DNA from: an uncultured Clostridia bacterium
GTDB lineage: Bacteria; Bacillota; Clostridia; TANB77; CAG-508
Length of the DNA: 46,657 nt
Assembly: GCA_944386125.1 (NCBI GenBank)
Contig: CALWZX010000001.1
Coordinates: 1-46,657, forward strand
Direction of reading: 5' to 3'
Both the position numbers and the translations under genes were made by a program. Of the stretch, positions 9,493 to 18,800 are shown piece after piece; the stretch's first letter is position 1; each line of letters starts with the position of its first letter. Below the pieces are notes generated by a model, which had not been told where the DNA came from, did not search any database, and saw only the letters and a program-made list of their open reading frames with translations.

Positions 9493-11298
9493 TTGAAAAA
9501 CAGTATAAAAACTATAGCTATGTGGCTAATCATATTAGTAATAGCTATTGTAGTAGTAACATCTATATTAGAAAATAGTGATAATAAATTAGCATACTCT
9601 GAGCTGGTTGCTAAAATTGAAGCAGGAGAAGTACAAGAAATTGAGATTGAAGCAGATGGAACAAAAGCAACAGTTACTTTAAAAAATGAAAACTTACCAA
9701 AAACAGTGAATATTCCAAGTATGGATAACTTAATGGAAGTTGCTTCTGACTCTATGAAAGCAGGAACAATTACTATTATAGAAAAATCTGAATCTTTCTT
9801 TGTAGTATTGTTAAGCTTATTAACTCCATTCGGAATACTTATTATATTCTTGTTATTCTGGTTCTTTTTAATGGCAGGAAACCAAGGAGGAGCAGGAAGC
9901 AAAACAATGACTTTTGGAAAAAGTAAAGCAAAAGTCATTAATCCACAAGATAAAGCAAGAGTTACTTTTAAAGATGTTGCTGGTGTAGATGAAGAAAAAG
10001 AAGAATTAGAAGAAATTGTAGAGTTCTTAAAAAATCCAAAGAAATTTACTGACATGGGAGCAAGAATTCCAAAAGGAGTATTACTTGTAGGTCAACCAGG
10101 AACAGGTAAAACTTTACTTGCAAAAGCTGTTGCAGGAGAAGCAGGAGTACCATTCTTTATTATTAGTGGTTCAGACTTTGTAGAAATGTTTGTTGGTGTT
10201 GGTGCATCTCGTGTAAGAGACTTGTTCGAAGAAGCAAAAAAGAAAGCACCATGTATTATATTTATTGATGAAATTGATGCTGTAGGACGTCAAAGAGGAG
10301 CAGGTTTAGGTGGAGGACATGATGAAAGAGAACAAACTTTAAACCAATTATTAGTAGAAATGGATGGTTTTGCTGAAAATGAAGGCGTTATTGTACTTGC
10401 AGCAACCAATAGACCAGATATCTTAGATAAAGCACTATTAAGACCAGGAAGATTTGACAGACAAATTGTAGTAGGTGCACCAGATGTAAAAGCAAGAGAA
10501 CAAATATTAGAAGTTCATTCAAGAAGAAAGAGACTTGCAGATGATGTAGATTTAAAAGTAATTGCTAAAAATACTTCTGGATTCTCTGGAGCAGACTTAG
10601 AGAATATTCTAAATGAAGCAGCACTTCTTGCTGCAAGAAGAAATTTGATGGAAATTGGAGAACGCGAAATAGAAGATGCTATGGTAAAAGTTACAATGGG
10701 TCCTGAAAAGAGAACAAGAGTAAGAAGTGAAAAAGAAAATAAATTAGTAGCATACCATGAGGCAGGTCACGCAGTAGTTAGCAGATTTTTACCAACACAA
10801 GATCCTGTTCATGAAATTTCTATTGTACCAAGAGGTATGGCAGGAGGATATACAATGTATCGTCCTACAGAAGATAAAAACTTTATGTCAAAATCTGAAA
10901 TGGAAGAAAATATTATATCTTTATTGGGCGGTAGAGTTGCTGAACAATTGATTTTAAATGACGTTTCTACAGGAGCAAGTAATGATATTGAAAGAGCAAC
11001 TAAAATTGCAAGAAGCATGGTAATGAAATATGGTATGAGTGATAGAGTAGGAACTATCCTATTAGGTTCTAACCAAGAAGAAGTATTTATAGGAAGAGAT
11101 TTTGCTCAAGCAAAAGAATACTCTGAAGAAACAGCAGGAATTATTGATGAAGAAGTAAAAAGAATTATAGATACAGCATATAGTAAAGCTGCACAAATTT
11201 TAAGAAACAACATAGATAAATTACATGCAGTAGCACAAATATTATTAGAGAAAGAAAAAATTACAGGTGATGAATTTGACCAAATTTTTGGAGAATAA
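9493..11298 (+). CDS. ftsH: ATP-dependent zinc metalloprotease FtsH
   Basis: Two TM segments, Walker [19 protein letters not shown], Walker [10 protein letters not shown], the SRH region and the zinc motif HEAGHA. TTG start preceded by GAGGAGGAAG. Confidence 0.97.
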   Translation: MKNSIKTIAMWLIILVIAIVVVTSILENSDNKLAYSELVAKIEAGEVQEIEIEADGTKATVTLKNENLPKTVNIPSMDNLMEVASDSMKAGTITIIEKSESFFVVLLSLLTPFGILIIFLLFWFFLMAGNQGGAGSKTMTFGKSKAKVINPQDKARVTFKDVAGVDEEKEELEEIVEFLKNPKKFTDMGARIPKGVLLVGQPGTGKTLLAKAVAGEAGVPFFIISGSDFVEMFVGVGASRVRDLFEEAKKKAPCIIFIDEIDAVGRQRGAGLGGGHDEREQTLNQLLVEMDGFAENEGVIVLAATNRPDILDKALLRPGRFDRQIVVGAPDVKAREQILEVHSRRKRLADDVDLKVIAKNTSGFSGADLENILNEAALLAARRNLMEIGEREIEDAMVKVTMGPEKRTRVRSEKENKLVAYHEAGHAVVSRFLPTQDPVHEISIVPRGMAGGYTMYRPTEDKNFMSKSEMEENIISLLGGRVAEQLILNDVSTGASNDIERATKIARSMVMKYGMSDRVGTILLGSNQEEVFIGRDFAQAKEYSEETAGIIDEEVKRIIDTAYSKAAQILRNNIDKLHAVAQILLEKEKITGDEFDQIFGE

Positions 11299-11306
11299 GA
11301 AACAAG

Positions 11307-11338
11307 AAAGGCTTGCATCAAAAGATGTTAGCCTTTTT
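11307..11338 (+). terminator. Rho-independent terminator after ftsH
   Basis: AAAGGCT ... AGCCTTT stem with an inner CATC/GATG pairing, followed by a T-run. Confidence 0.6.
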
Positions 11339-11359
11339 ATGTAAGAGGAGGGAAGAGAT

Positions 11360-12133
11360 GTGTTAGCATTTATTACAGGAGCATCTTCTGGCATAGGAAG
11401 AGATATGGCACGTTATTTATATAAATTAGGTTATGATATTATTATTACAGCACGAAATGAAGAGGCTCTGCAAATATTAAAACAAGAACTAGAAAAAACA
11501 AGAACAGGAAAAATATATGTTTTACCAGCAGATTTAAGTGAAGAACAAGAAGTAATTCAATTATATGAGACAATTAAAAGAGAGTTCAAAAAAATAGATA
11601 TTGTGATTAATAATGCAGGTTTTGGATTGTTTGGAAGATTTGTGCAAACAGATTTGGAAACAGAGATAAAAATGATTCATACTAATATTATAGCAGTTCA
11701 TACTTTAACAAAATTATTTTTACAAGATATGCTAAATTACAATGAGGGAAAAATTTTAAACGTTTCTTCAGTTGCAGGTTTTATGCCAGGTCCATTAATG
11801 GCAACATATTATAGTACAAAAAATTATGTATTTCGTTTATCTGAAGCAATTCATAAAGAATTGAAAAAAATGAACTCAAAAGTACAAATTAGTGTGTTAT
11901 GTCCAGGACCTGTAAACACTAACTTTAATCAAGTAGCAAATGTAAAATTTAATTTAAGAGAAGCTTCTAGTGAAAAAGTAGCAAAATATGCCATTGAAAA
12001 GATGTTACAAGGAAAATTTAAAATTATACCAGGGATTGATATAAAAATAGCAAGATTGGGAAGTAAAATTTTACCAGACAATTTACTCGCAGAAATTTGT
12101 TACCATATGCAAGAAAAAAAAGAAAGAAAATAG
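11360..12133 (+). CDS. SDR-family NAD(P)-dependent oxidoreductase
   Basis: Rossmann motif ITGASSGIGRD, then NNAG and catalytic YYSTK (YxxxK). 257 aa, GTG start after GAGGAGGGAAG. Confidence 0.85.
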   Translation: MLAFITGASSGIGRDMARYLYKLGYDIIITARNEEALQILKQELEKTRTGKIYVLPADLSEEQEVIQLYETIKREFKKIDIVINNAGFGLFGRFVQTDLETEIKMIHTNIIAVHTLTKLFLQDMLNYNEGKILNVSSVAGFMPGPLMATYYSTKNYVFRLSEAIHKELKKMNSKVQISVLCPGPVNTNFNQVANVKFNLREASSEKVAKYAIEKMLQGKFKIIPGIDIKIARLGSKILPDNLLAEICYHMQEKKERK

Positions 12134-12213
12134 TAAAAATACGTATTTCCCTAGGAAAAAAATAATATTAAGACAAAAATGTCATGAAAATGTCATATAA
12201 ATGTAAAAAATAG

Positions 12214-12257
12214 CAGTTATGAAAAGCCGTAAGGCTGTAATAACTGTTGTTTTTTTA
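12214..12257 (+). terminator. Probable terminator after the SDR gene
   Basis: CAGTTAT ... ATAACTG stem enclosing an AGCC-gtaa-GGCT hairpin, followed by GTTTTTTT. Confidence 0.5.
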
Positions 12258-12272
12258 TAGAAAAAAATGCCA

Positions 12273-12301
12273 TTGTAAGGGAAAATGTAACATGTTACAA
12301 T
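12273..12301 (+). promoter_or_regulatory. Putative sigma-A promoter of the giant adhesin gene
   Basis: TTGTAA (12273-12278), 17-nt spacer, TGtTACAAT extended -10 (12293-12301). Overlapped by the perfect 14-bp palindrome TGTAACATGTTACA (12286-12299). Confidence 0.4.
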
Positions 12302-12397
12302 AAGCTATATAAATATAAATAAAATATATAAAAATAAATGAAAGGAAAAAGAAAATTTTTAACATCTACAGGTAAGAATAAAGAGGAGGAAAATAAA

Positions 12398-15300
12398 ATG
12401 CAAAACAAGAAAAAAGAGCTAATGACAATAGGAATATTGGTAATTGTATTACTAGTTATTTTCAACAGTTTTTCAAATTCAGCACAAACTGTTTCTTTAG
12501 AAGCTCAACAGCAAGCATATATAGATATTGTTATTTCGAAATCTCACTCTATAGTAGATGTTTCTCATTTTGAACAAGATTTAAAGGCAGAATTAGAAAA
12601 ACAAGGTGTAAACACACAATACGTAAGTGTACAAAAAATAGATACAGAGTCTTTTTCTAGTAATTCTGCAGATGCTGCTGAAATTCTTAATGGATGGGGA
12701 AGAGAAGGTTGGCCAGGACAATGGTATTATGAAGATAATCAAGTAATTAATGCAGAAAATACAGATGATTTAACAGGTTTCTATTACCCAGACAACTTTT
12801 CTTATGATGATATAGATTACCAATATGAAAATATGAGCGATAATGGCGATGATGATATAATGGGATGCATGTTTCGTTTTAATAAAAATACAGATGGAAC
12901 AGTAACAACCTATTTGCTATTGATGAATAAAAGAGATAATAACGGAGCCTTTGAGCATGACGATGGATTATATAAAATTGTTAATAAACCTTTTGCACGT
13001 GCAAGCTTAGAGATGGTAGCATCAACTGATGCTACTTGGACAAGAAATACTTGGTCAAAATATAGAATTGTAACAGTAGGAAATAATATTAAAATTTATC
13101 AAAATGATAATTTAATTATTAACTATACCGATCCAGATCCTATTTATACAGGTACATATGGATTTTTCTCTTGTAGTCAACCATATGCACGATATAGAAA
13201 TATACAAATTGTTACAACACAATATAAAACCTATCAAAATTTGCTAACAGAAGCAAAATGGAAAGATAATGCTATTCGTTTAGTAGTTAATGCAGAAGAT
13301 AGTATTAATCAAGAATTTCAAGATGAGGCAACCTTATCAGACGTTATTGCTAGAATGATTAATCAAGGAATTCATTATTTAGGATGGGGAACTTCTAATA
13401 ACGAAAGCCAAATTCGAGACTTAGTAGAAAAGAATAATAACAAGGGACAATATATTAATAATACTAACTATACTAAAGCTATCCAAGAAACGGCAACATA
13501 TATTAAAAATTTGCTCAATTCTTACCCGACAAGTCAGTATTTAATTGTGGATGAACCAATTGCTATGCATGTAACTCCGGAAAGTGCAAAAAATAATACT
13601 ACAGATGCCATGTATCCTAATGGAAAATGGAGAGCAGTTCATGATGAAGAATATTTTGAAAATGGGAATGGAAAATATAGTAATAGTGGAAGATACCAAG
13701 ATGCAGTAATGGAAATATTTGATAAAGCAGGAAAATATGAAATTTATTATGAAGATCAACTAATCAAAGAACTGTATCTGCATAGAATGCCAGTAGCTAT
13801 TATTGATAGCGAAATAGAAAATAATAATGTTACCTTAAGTTCAGATAGATCTTTTGATATTGATAAGCAATCTGTTAATAATGGTATTCAAGAGGTAGAG
13901 TGGAGTTATAAAAAAATCAATGATAAATCGTGGACTATGGGAAAATTAACTAAAATAGAAGATGGAGTCAACTATTTAGTTAGACTACGTGTAAAAGACT
14001 ATCAAAACACATGGAGTAAAGATGCAGTAAGATATATTTCAAGTAAAGCAACAAAACCAATTGCCCAATTTGAAATTGTAAAAAGTGATATTACCAAATA
14101 TGAAGATTTAGAAATTATAGATACTTCTTATGATCCAGCAGGAAGAGACATTACAAAAGAAGTGTGGCAAGTATATAAAGAAAATGACAAAATATATGAA
14201 GGTAGTACATTAATTACAGATTATGAACAATATGGAGCAGGAGAATATAAAGCAGTACTTACTGTAACCAATTCAGATGGAGAAGTATCAGATGAATTTG
14301 CAAGACAATTTACTGTTATGGAAGACGAAAGAGCACCAGAAGTATTTGTTGATCCAGCACAAGAAGAACATATACATGAAAATATAACAGTTAATGTAAA
14401 TTTTACTGACAAAGGAGGAAGTGGATTTAATTCGTACCAATATGGAATTACAGAAGAAAGAAATGAGACAGTAAGTTGGAGTGATTGGATTAGTAAATCA
14501 CAAGATAGTATTACGCTTACTCAAAAAGGAAATCAGTATTTACATATAAAGGCTCGTGATAATGCAGGAAATGTAAGTGAAGAAAGCATATTTGGTCCAT
14601 ACAAAATAGAGGAAAAGAAAGTAGCAGTAGAAATAGAATCTATGGATCAAGAAAATAATGCAGTACATTTTAATGGAGTACAATATGAGGTAGTAGAGCC
14701 AAAGATAAATGAACAAGAAGAGGATAAAACATTAGTCTTATCAACTAATGAAGAGGGAAAAGCAACAGAATATTTAGACATTATGAAAAAAGACGGGGAA
14801 TATACATATATTTTTAATGAGATTACAGTACCACAAGGATACGAAGCTATAGGAAATGCCAATATACAAGTACAATATGAAAATGGAGAAATTGCTACAG
14901 CAATAAGTAGCAATCCTAAAATAGAGGTACAAGTATTAGAAAATGGGGAAATAAAAATATGGTTAAAATATATAAAATTACAAGTAGAAAATCCTTTGCA
15001 AATAGCTATAGAAACAGTAGATTTACGAGATGAAAGTAAAAAACTAGAAGATGTAGAATATCAAATGGAAGTTCAAGCGGGTAGTGGAGAAAAATTTACT
15101 ACTTCTCTTAGTTCCGAGAAAGAAGGTACAGCCAATTTATATAATATAGGGGCAACAGGAGATATTCATATTGCATTAAAACAAACAAAAACAGCAAGTG
15201 GATATAAAATGCAGACAGAAGAAAAAGTTATTACTCTTCATAGAGATAAAAATACGAATAAAATAACAGGAGTTACAGAGAAAACAAATCACGATGCAGA

Positions 15301-18300
15301 AATATATATAGAAAACGAAAAAAATAAAATCACAATAGTAGTACCAAATGAAAAGAAAGAGCAAAAAAATTATGTAAGAGTTCAAGTAATAGGAAGTGCA
15401 GATGAAAAACTAGAAAATATGCAATTTCAGTTAAAACAACCTTTAGAACTAGCTACTATCACAGGAGTTACAGATGCTTCAGGAATAGCTTGGTTTGGTC
15501 CTATTGAAGGTCAGGGTAGTGGAGAAGAAACATATATATTAACAAGTAATCAAAATAATATATACGAATTTCCTGAAATGCATATACCAATTACTTTTTC
15601 AGAAGGGAAAATAGTATCTACTGCTCAAGAACCAAACATACAGGTAATAGTAGAAGAAAATGAAAATGAAATACAAAATATTGTGAACATTCAATATAAA
15701 GCTAATGTAAAAGATATATATCAAACTGCACAAAAATTTAAGATTATCAAACAAAATAAACAAAATGAAGCTTTAGTAAATGTGAATTATGCTATCAGCA
15801 TAAAAGGAACTTCTCTTATAAAACATATAACACAAAATACAAATGAAAATGGAGAAATCGAAATTGATTTATGGAACGATAATCAGCTAGAAATTATGGT
15901 ACAAGAAATTACTAGTTTACCTGGATATTCTTTAGATAATGCACAAAAGAAAATTATTCTAGTAAGAGCATCAGATGGAACATATGATATTCAAACTAGT
16001 GAAAGTGTAGCAAATGTTTCAAAAGAAGCACAAACACAAAATATCATTTTAACAGAAACAAATGAGAAAAAAGCAGAGAAGAGTACGCAAAAAGCTAATA
16101 TTTCATTATTTATTACTAGAAAAGATCAGAATAATAATTTATTAGGAAATGTACAATTTAAAGTAACAGAAGAAACAACTAAACAAGAGTACACTTTGAA
16201 AACTAATGAAAATGGTATAGCAGAGTTATTAAATTTTGCAGTGCCAAATGTAGGAACTTATATATTTACAATAGAAGGAATTACAACCACTTCTGGCTAT
16301 ATTGCTTTATCAGAGCCAGTAAAATTACAAGTAATTTATGGGCAAAATGAACAAGGAGAAATAAAAACTACAGCAATTTCTATCATTAAAGGATATAAAT
16401 ACATAGACTTACAACAGTATAATGAATATGAAACGCAAGAAAATTATCAATTAGATGTAAGCTTAACTATTATAGATATAGCCAATACTATAGAACAAGC
16501 ACAAAATATTTCTTTTGTAAAATTAGGTAATGGAAGTGTTCTTAATGATGCAGAATTTGAAATATATATTCAATTAGCAGATGGTGCAACGATTAAAAAA
16601 TCAGGTAAAACACAAGATATTGCACAATTTTTACAAAATATATATTTACCAGAAGGAACTGTGGAAATTGTAATAAAAGAAACAAAAGCACAATTAGGTT
16701 TTGCCTTAGATACAAATGAAAAAATGATTCAAATACAAAAGTATGATGGAAAAATTGCGTTATTACAAGACGAAGAAAACTTAGTTCATTGGCAAAATGG
16801 AAATATGCAAATTCAAATAGAAAATAATACTGTAGGAAAAGATAACTTAGGAGAAAATTTTATTGAAATAGAGCCTAATTCCTATTCATTGGTAATAAGA
16901 AATGAGAATTCCTATTCACCAAACTTAAATTTACAAGGAGCAGTATTTGAGGTTACTGCAAAACAAAATAATCAAATAGTTATGAACCGTGCAAGAGGAA
17001 CTAATGAAGAAGGAATTGCAGAATTTGAACATATGTATCAATCGGGAGATGTACTACTAGAAATCAAGCAGGTTGTAGCACCAAAGCTCTATAATTTAAA
17101 TGAAAATATTTATCAAATGTATTTAACAAGAAATATGAATACACAAGAAATACAGGTGCTAGAAGGAACAAATCAAGAATTAGATGTGAAAATTGATCAA
17201 ATTAATCACAAAGTAATTGTAACAATTAAAAATAATTTACAACAACTAACTATGGGAATTGTTACTGTTGATTCTGATGATACAACCCTTCGTTTAGCAA
17301 ATGCAAGTTATAGAGTTAATCATAAAGAAAACTATGATGCTAATGATGCACAAACTTATGGATATGGTGTTACAAATAATCAAGGAACAGTAGCTATACC
17401 AATTAATACTTATATACAAGAAGGAACAGCAACTTATGAAATTACACAATTAAAAGTTCCGAATAGTTATGAAAAGGAAGAGAAAATAGCATTAGATATT
17501 ACTGTGGATGCACAGGGAAATATAACACAAGTTACTCATGTAGAAGAAACAGGAGAATGTATTATTTCTCAAGTAGAAAATAACTATATAGAAATTATAG
17601 TAAAAAATAAAAAACAAGCCAAACCAACTTATCAAGTAGTAGTACAAACTTATAATGCTTACAAACCTAGTCAAATTGTAGAACAAACGAAATTAGACGT
17701 AGAAATTAAACATCAAGAAGGTGATACAGTTCGTAATACAATGACAACGAATGGAACAAATGGGGAAGCAACTTTACGTGGAATCATAGGAGAAGGAAAA
17801 ATAGAAATTCACATACAAGAATTAGAAGCTGCTACAGGATATTTATTAAATTCTAAAAATAGAGTAGTTTACTTAAATAGAGAGGTAATGTTAGAAGATG
17901 ATGGAAAATATTATCAAAAACTTTCTACTATAGGAGAACAAGAAGAAGACATAGAGGTTATATTAGATAATGTAAAACAACAAATAACTATTAGAATTGC
18001 ATGTATTCCTATGTTAGGGGTAACTATTGAAAAAGTGGATAAAAATGATAGTAGTATAAAAATACAAGATGTTATTTTTGTAGTAGAACAAAATCAAAGA
18101 CCGTTAGGAACAGCAACTACAAATACATTAGGTAAAGCTTTTATAGCATTTGGTGAAACACCATCAAATCAAACAATAGTATATACATTAAAAGAAATGG
18201 AAGGAGTAAGTGGTTACCAAACTTTACCAGGAGATATTGAAATAACAGTAACATATAATCTAGCAGGTGAGATTACCTCATGTAGTATTACTAAAGGAAA

Positions 18301-18703
18301 TGAGTATGCTAATATAATAGAACAAAACAAACAAGGTTATATAGAACTTCAAGTAACAAATATTCCAGAAGAGCAAATAGAAGATAATATTTCTTTACAA
18401 GTAAATAAAGTAACAGAAGAACAACAAGTAATTCCTGTTGAAAATGCTGTTTTCAAAATTCATACTGAGTCAGAAGACGGAAAAATTATGAATGCAGTAA
18501 AGACTACAGATGAAGAAGGAAAAATCAGACTAGATGGAATCAGAGGAGAAGGAAAAATTAAAATTGAACTTCAAGAATTAGAAGTAGCAGACGAATATGC
18601 CTTAGATAATACAGTAAAAACAATTACTGTTCGTAAGCAAAATGGAAAACTAAAACTTATTTCAGAAGAAACAACTCGGCGGAATTTCTGTATTAATAGA
18701 TGA
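12398..18703 (+). CDS. Giant surface adhesin-like protein, N-terminal fragment (signal anchor, jelly-roll domain, PKD/Ig-like domains, many Cna-B/SpaA-like repeats)
   Basis: The likely start is ATG 12398 (MQNKKKELMTIGILVIVLLVIF signal/TM) behind RBS AGAGGAGGA; the ORF-track start 12338 has no RBS. There is a DUF1080/LamG-like block ending GFFSCSQPYARYRNIQI and a PKD-like block (IIDTSYDPAGRDI...YKAVLTVTNSDGEVS). An Ig-like block follows (GGSGFNSYQY...HIKARDNAGNVSE). After that come about 100-aa modules with the pattern F-x-V...T-N/D-x-x-G-x-A...G-x-Y...E-x-x-A/T-P/S-x-GY. The ORF ends 7 codons after tandem in-frame CGG CGG (18677-18682). Confidence 0.8.
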   Translation: MQNKKKELMTIGILVIVLLVIFNSFSNSAQTVSLEAQQQAYIDIVISKSHSIVDVSHFEQDLKAELEKQGVNTQYVSVQKIDTESFSSNSADAAEILNGWGREGWPGQWYYEDNQVINAENTDDLTGFYYPDNFSYDDIDYQYENMSDNGDDDIMGCMFRFNKNTDGTVTTYLLLMNKRDNNGAFEHDDGLYKIVNKPFARASLEMVASTDATWTRNTWSKYRIVTVGNNIKIYQNDNLIINYTDPDPIYTGTYGFFSCSQPYARYRNIQIVTTQYKTYQNLLTEAKWKDNAIRLVVNAEDSINQEFQDEATLSDVIARMINQGIHYLGWGTSNNESQIRDLVEKNNNKGQYINNTNYTKAIQETATYIKNLLNSYPTSQYLIVDEPIAMHVTPESAKNNTTDAMYPNGKWRAVHDEEYFENGNGKYSNSGRYQDAVMEIFDKAGKYEIYYEDQLIKELYLHRMPVAIIDSEIENNNVTLSSDRSFDIDKQSVNNGIQEVEWSYKKINDKSWTMGKLTKIEDGVNYLVRLRVKDYQNTWSKDAVRYISSKATKPIAQFEIVKSDITKYEDLEIIDTSYDPAGRDITKEVWQVYKENDKIYEGSTLITDYEQYGAGEYKAVLTVTNSDGEVSDEFARQFTVMEDERAPEVFVDPAQEEHIHENITVNVNFTDKGGSGFNSYQYGITEERNETVSWSDWISKSQDSITLTQKGNQYLHIKARDNAGNVSEESIFGPYKIEEKKVAVEIESMDQENNAVHFNGVQYEVVEPKINEQEEDKTLVLSTNEEGKATEYLDIMKKDGEYTYIFNEITVPQGYEAIGNANIQVQYENGEIATAISSNPKIEVQVLENGEIKIWLKYIKLQVENPLQIAIETVDLRDESKKLEDVEYQMEVQAGSGEKFTTSLSSEKEGTANLYNIGATGDIHIALKQTKTASGYKMQTEEKVITLHRDKNTNKITGVTEKTNHDAEIYIENEKNKITIVVPNEKKEQKNYVRVQVIGSADEKLENMQFQLKQPLELATITGVTDASGIAWFGPIEGQGSGEETYILTSNQNNIYEFPEMHIPITFSEGKIVSTAQEPNIQVIVEENENEIQNIVNIQYKANVKDIYQTAQKFKIIKQNKQNEALVNVNYAISIKGTSLIKHITQNTNENGEIEIDLWNDNQLEIMVQEITSLPGYSLDNAQKKIILVRASDGTYDIQTSESVANVSKEAQTQNIILTETNEKKAEKSTQKANISLFITRKDQNNNLLGNVQFKVTEETTKQEYTLKTNENGIAELLNFAVPNVGTYIFTIEGITTTSGYIALSEPVKLQVIYGQNEQGEIKTTAISIIKGYKYIDLQQYNEYETQENYQLDVSLTIIDIANTIEQAQNISFVKLGNGSVLNDAEFEIYIQLADGATIKKSGKTQDIAQFLQNIYLPEGTVEIVIKETKAQLGFALDTNEKMIQIQKYDGKIALLQDEENLVHWQNGNMQIQIENNTVGKDNLGENFIEIEPNSYSLVIRNENSYSPNLNLQGAVFEVTAKQNNQIVMNRARGTNEEGIAEFEHMYQSGDVLLEIKQVVAPKLYNLNENIYQMYLTRNMNTQEIQVLEGTNQELDVKIDQINHKVIVTIKNNLQQLTMGIVTVDSDDTTLRLANASYRVNHKENYDANDAQTYGYGVTNNQGTVAIPINTYIQEGTATYEITQLKVPNSYEKEEKIALDITVDAQGNITQVTHVEETGECIISQVENNYIEIIVKNKKQAKPTYQVVVQTYNAYKPSQIVEQTKLDVEIKHQEGDTVRNTMTTNGTNGEATLRGIIGEGKIEIHIQELEAATGYLLNSKNRVVYLNREVMLEDDGKYYQKLSTIGEQEEDIEVILDNVKQQITIRIACIPMLGVTIEKVDKNDSSIKIQDVIFVVEQNQRPLGTATTNTLGKAFIAFGETPSNQTIVYTLKEMEGVSGYQTLPGDIEITVTYNLAGEITSCSITKGNEYANIIEQNKQGYIELQVTNIPEEQIEDNISLQVNKVTEEQQVIPVENAVFKIHTESEDGKIMNAVKTTDEEGKIRLDGIRGEGKIKIELQELEVADEYALDNTVKTITVRKQNGKLKLISEETTRRNFCINR

Positions 18704-18800
18704 AAAAGAAAAATTAGTTTCTACTACTATAACAAATAGTATATCTACAAGAGTAATTGGATTATCTATATTTAAGGTAGAAGATACAGATGCTTTAACT

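Noticed and set aside
12338-12397. Upstream extensions of ORF-track starts: 12338 for the adhesin, 36709 for the atypical gene, 28462 for the NlpC/P60 protein, 32257, 40514 for murA and 45067 for ftsA.
   Set aside because: In each case a downstream start codon has a well-spaced GGAGG-like RBS and gives a sensible N-terminus (a signal peptide or a conserved motif). The upstream start overlaps or lacks an RBS.
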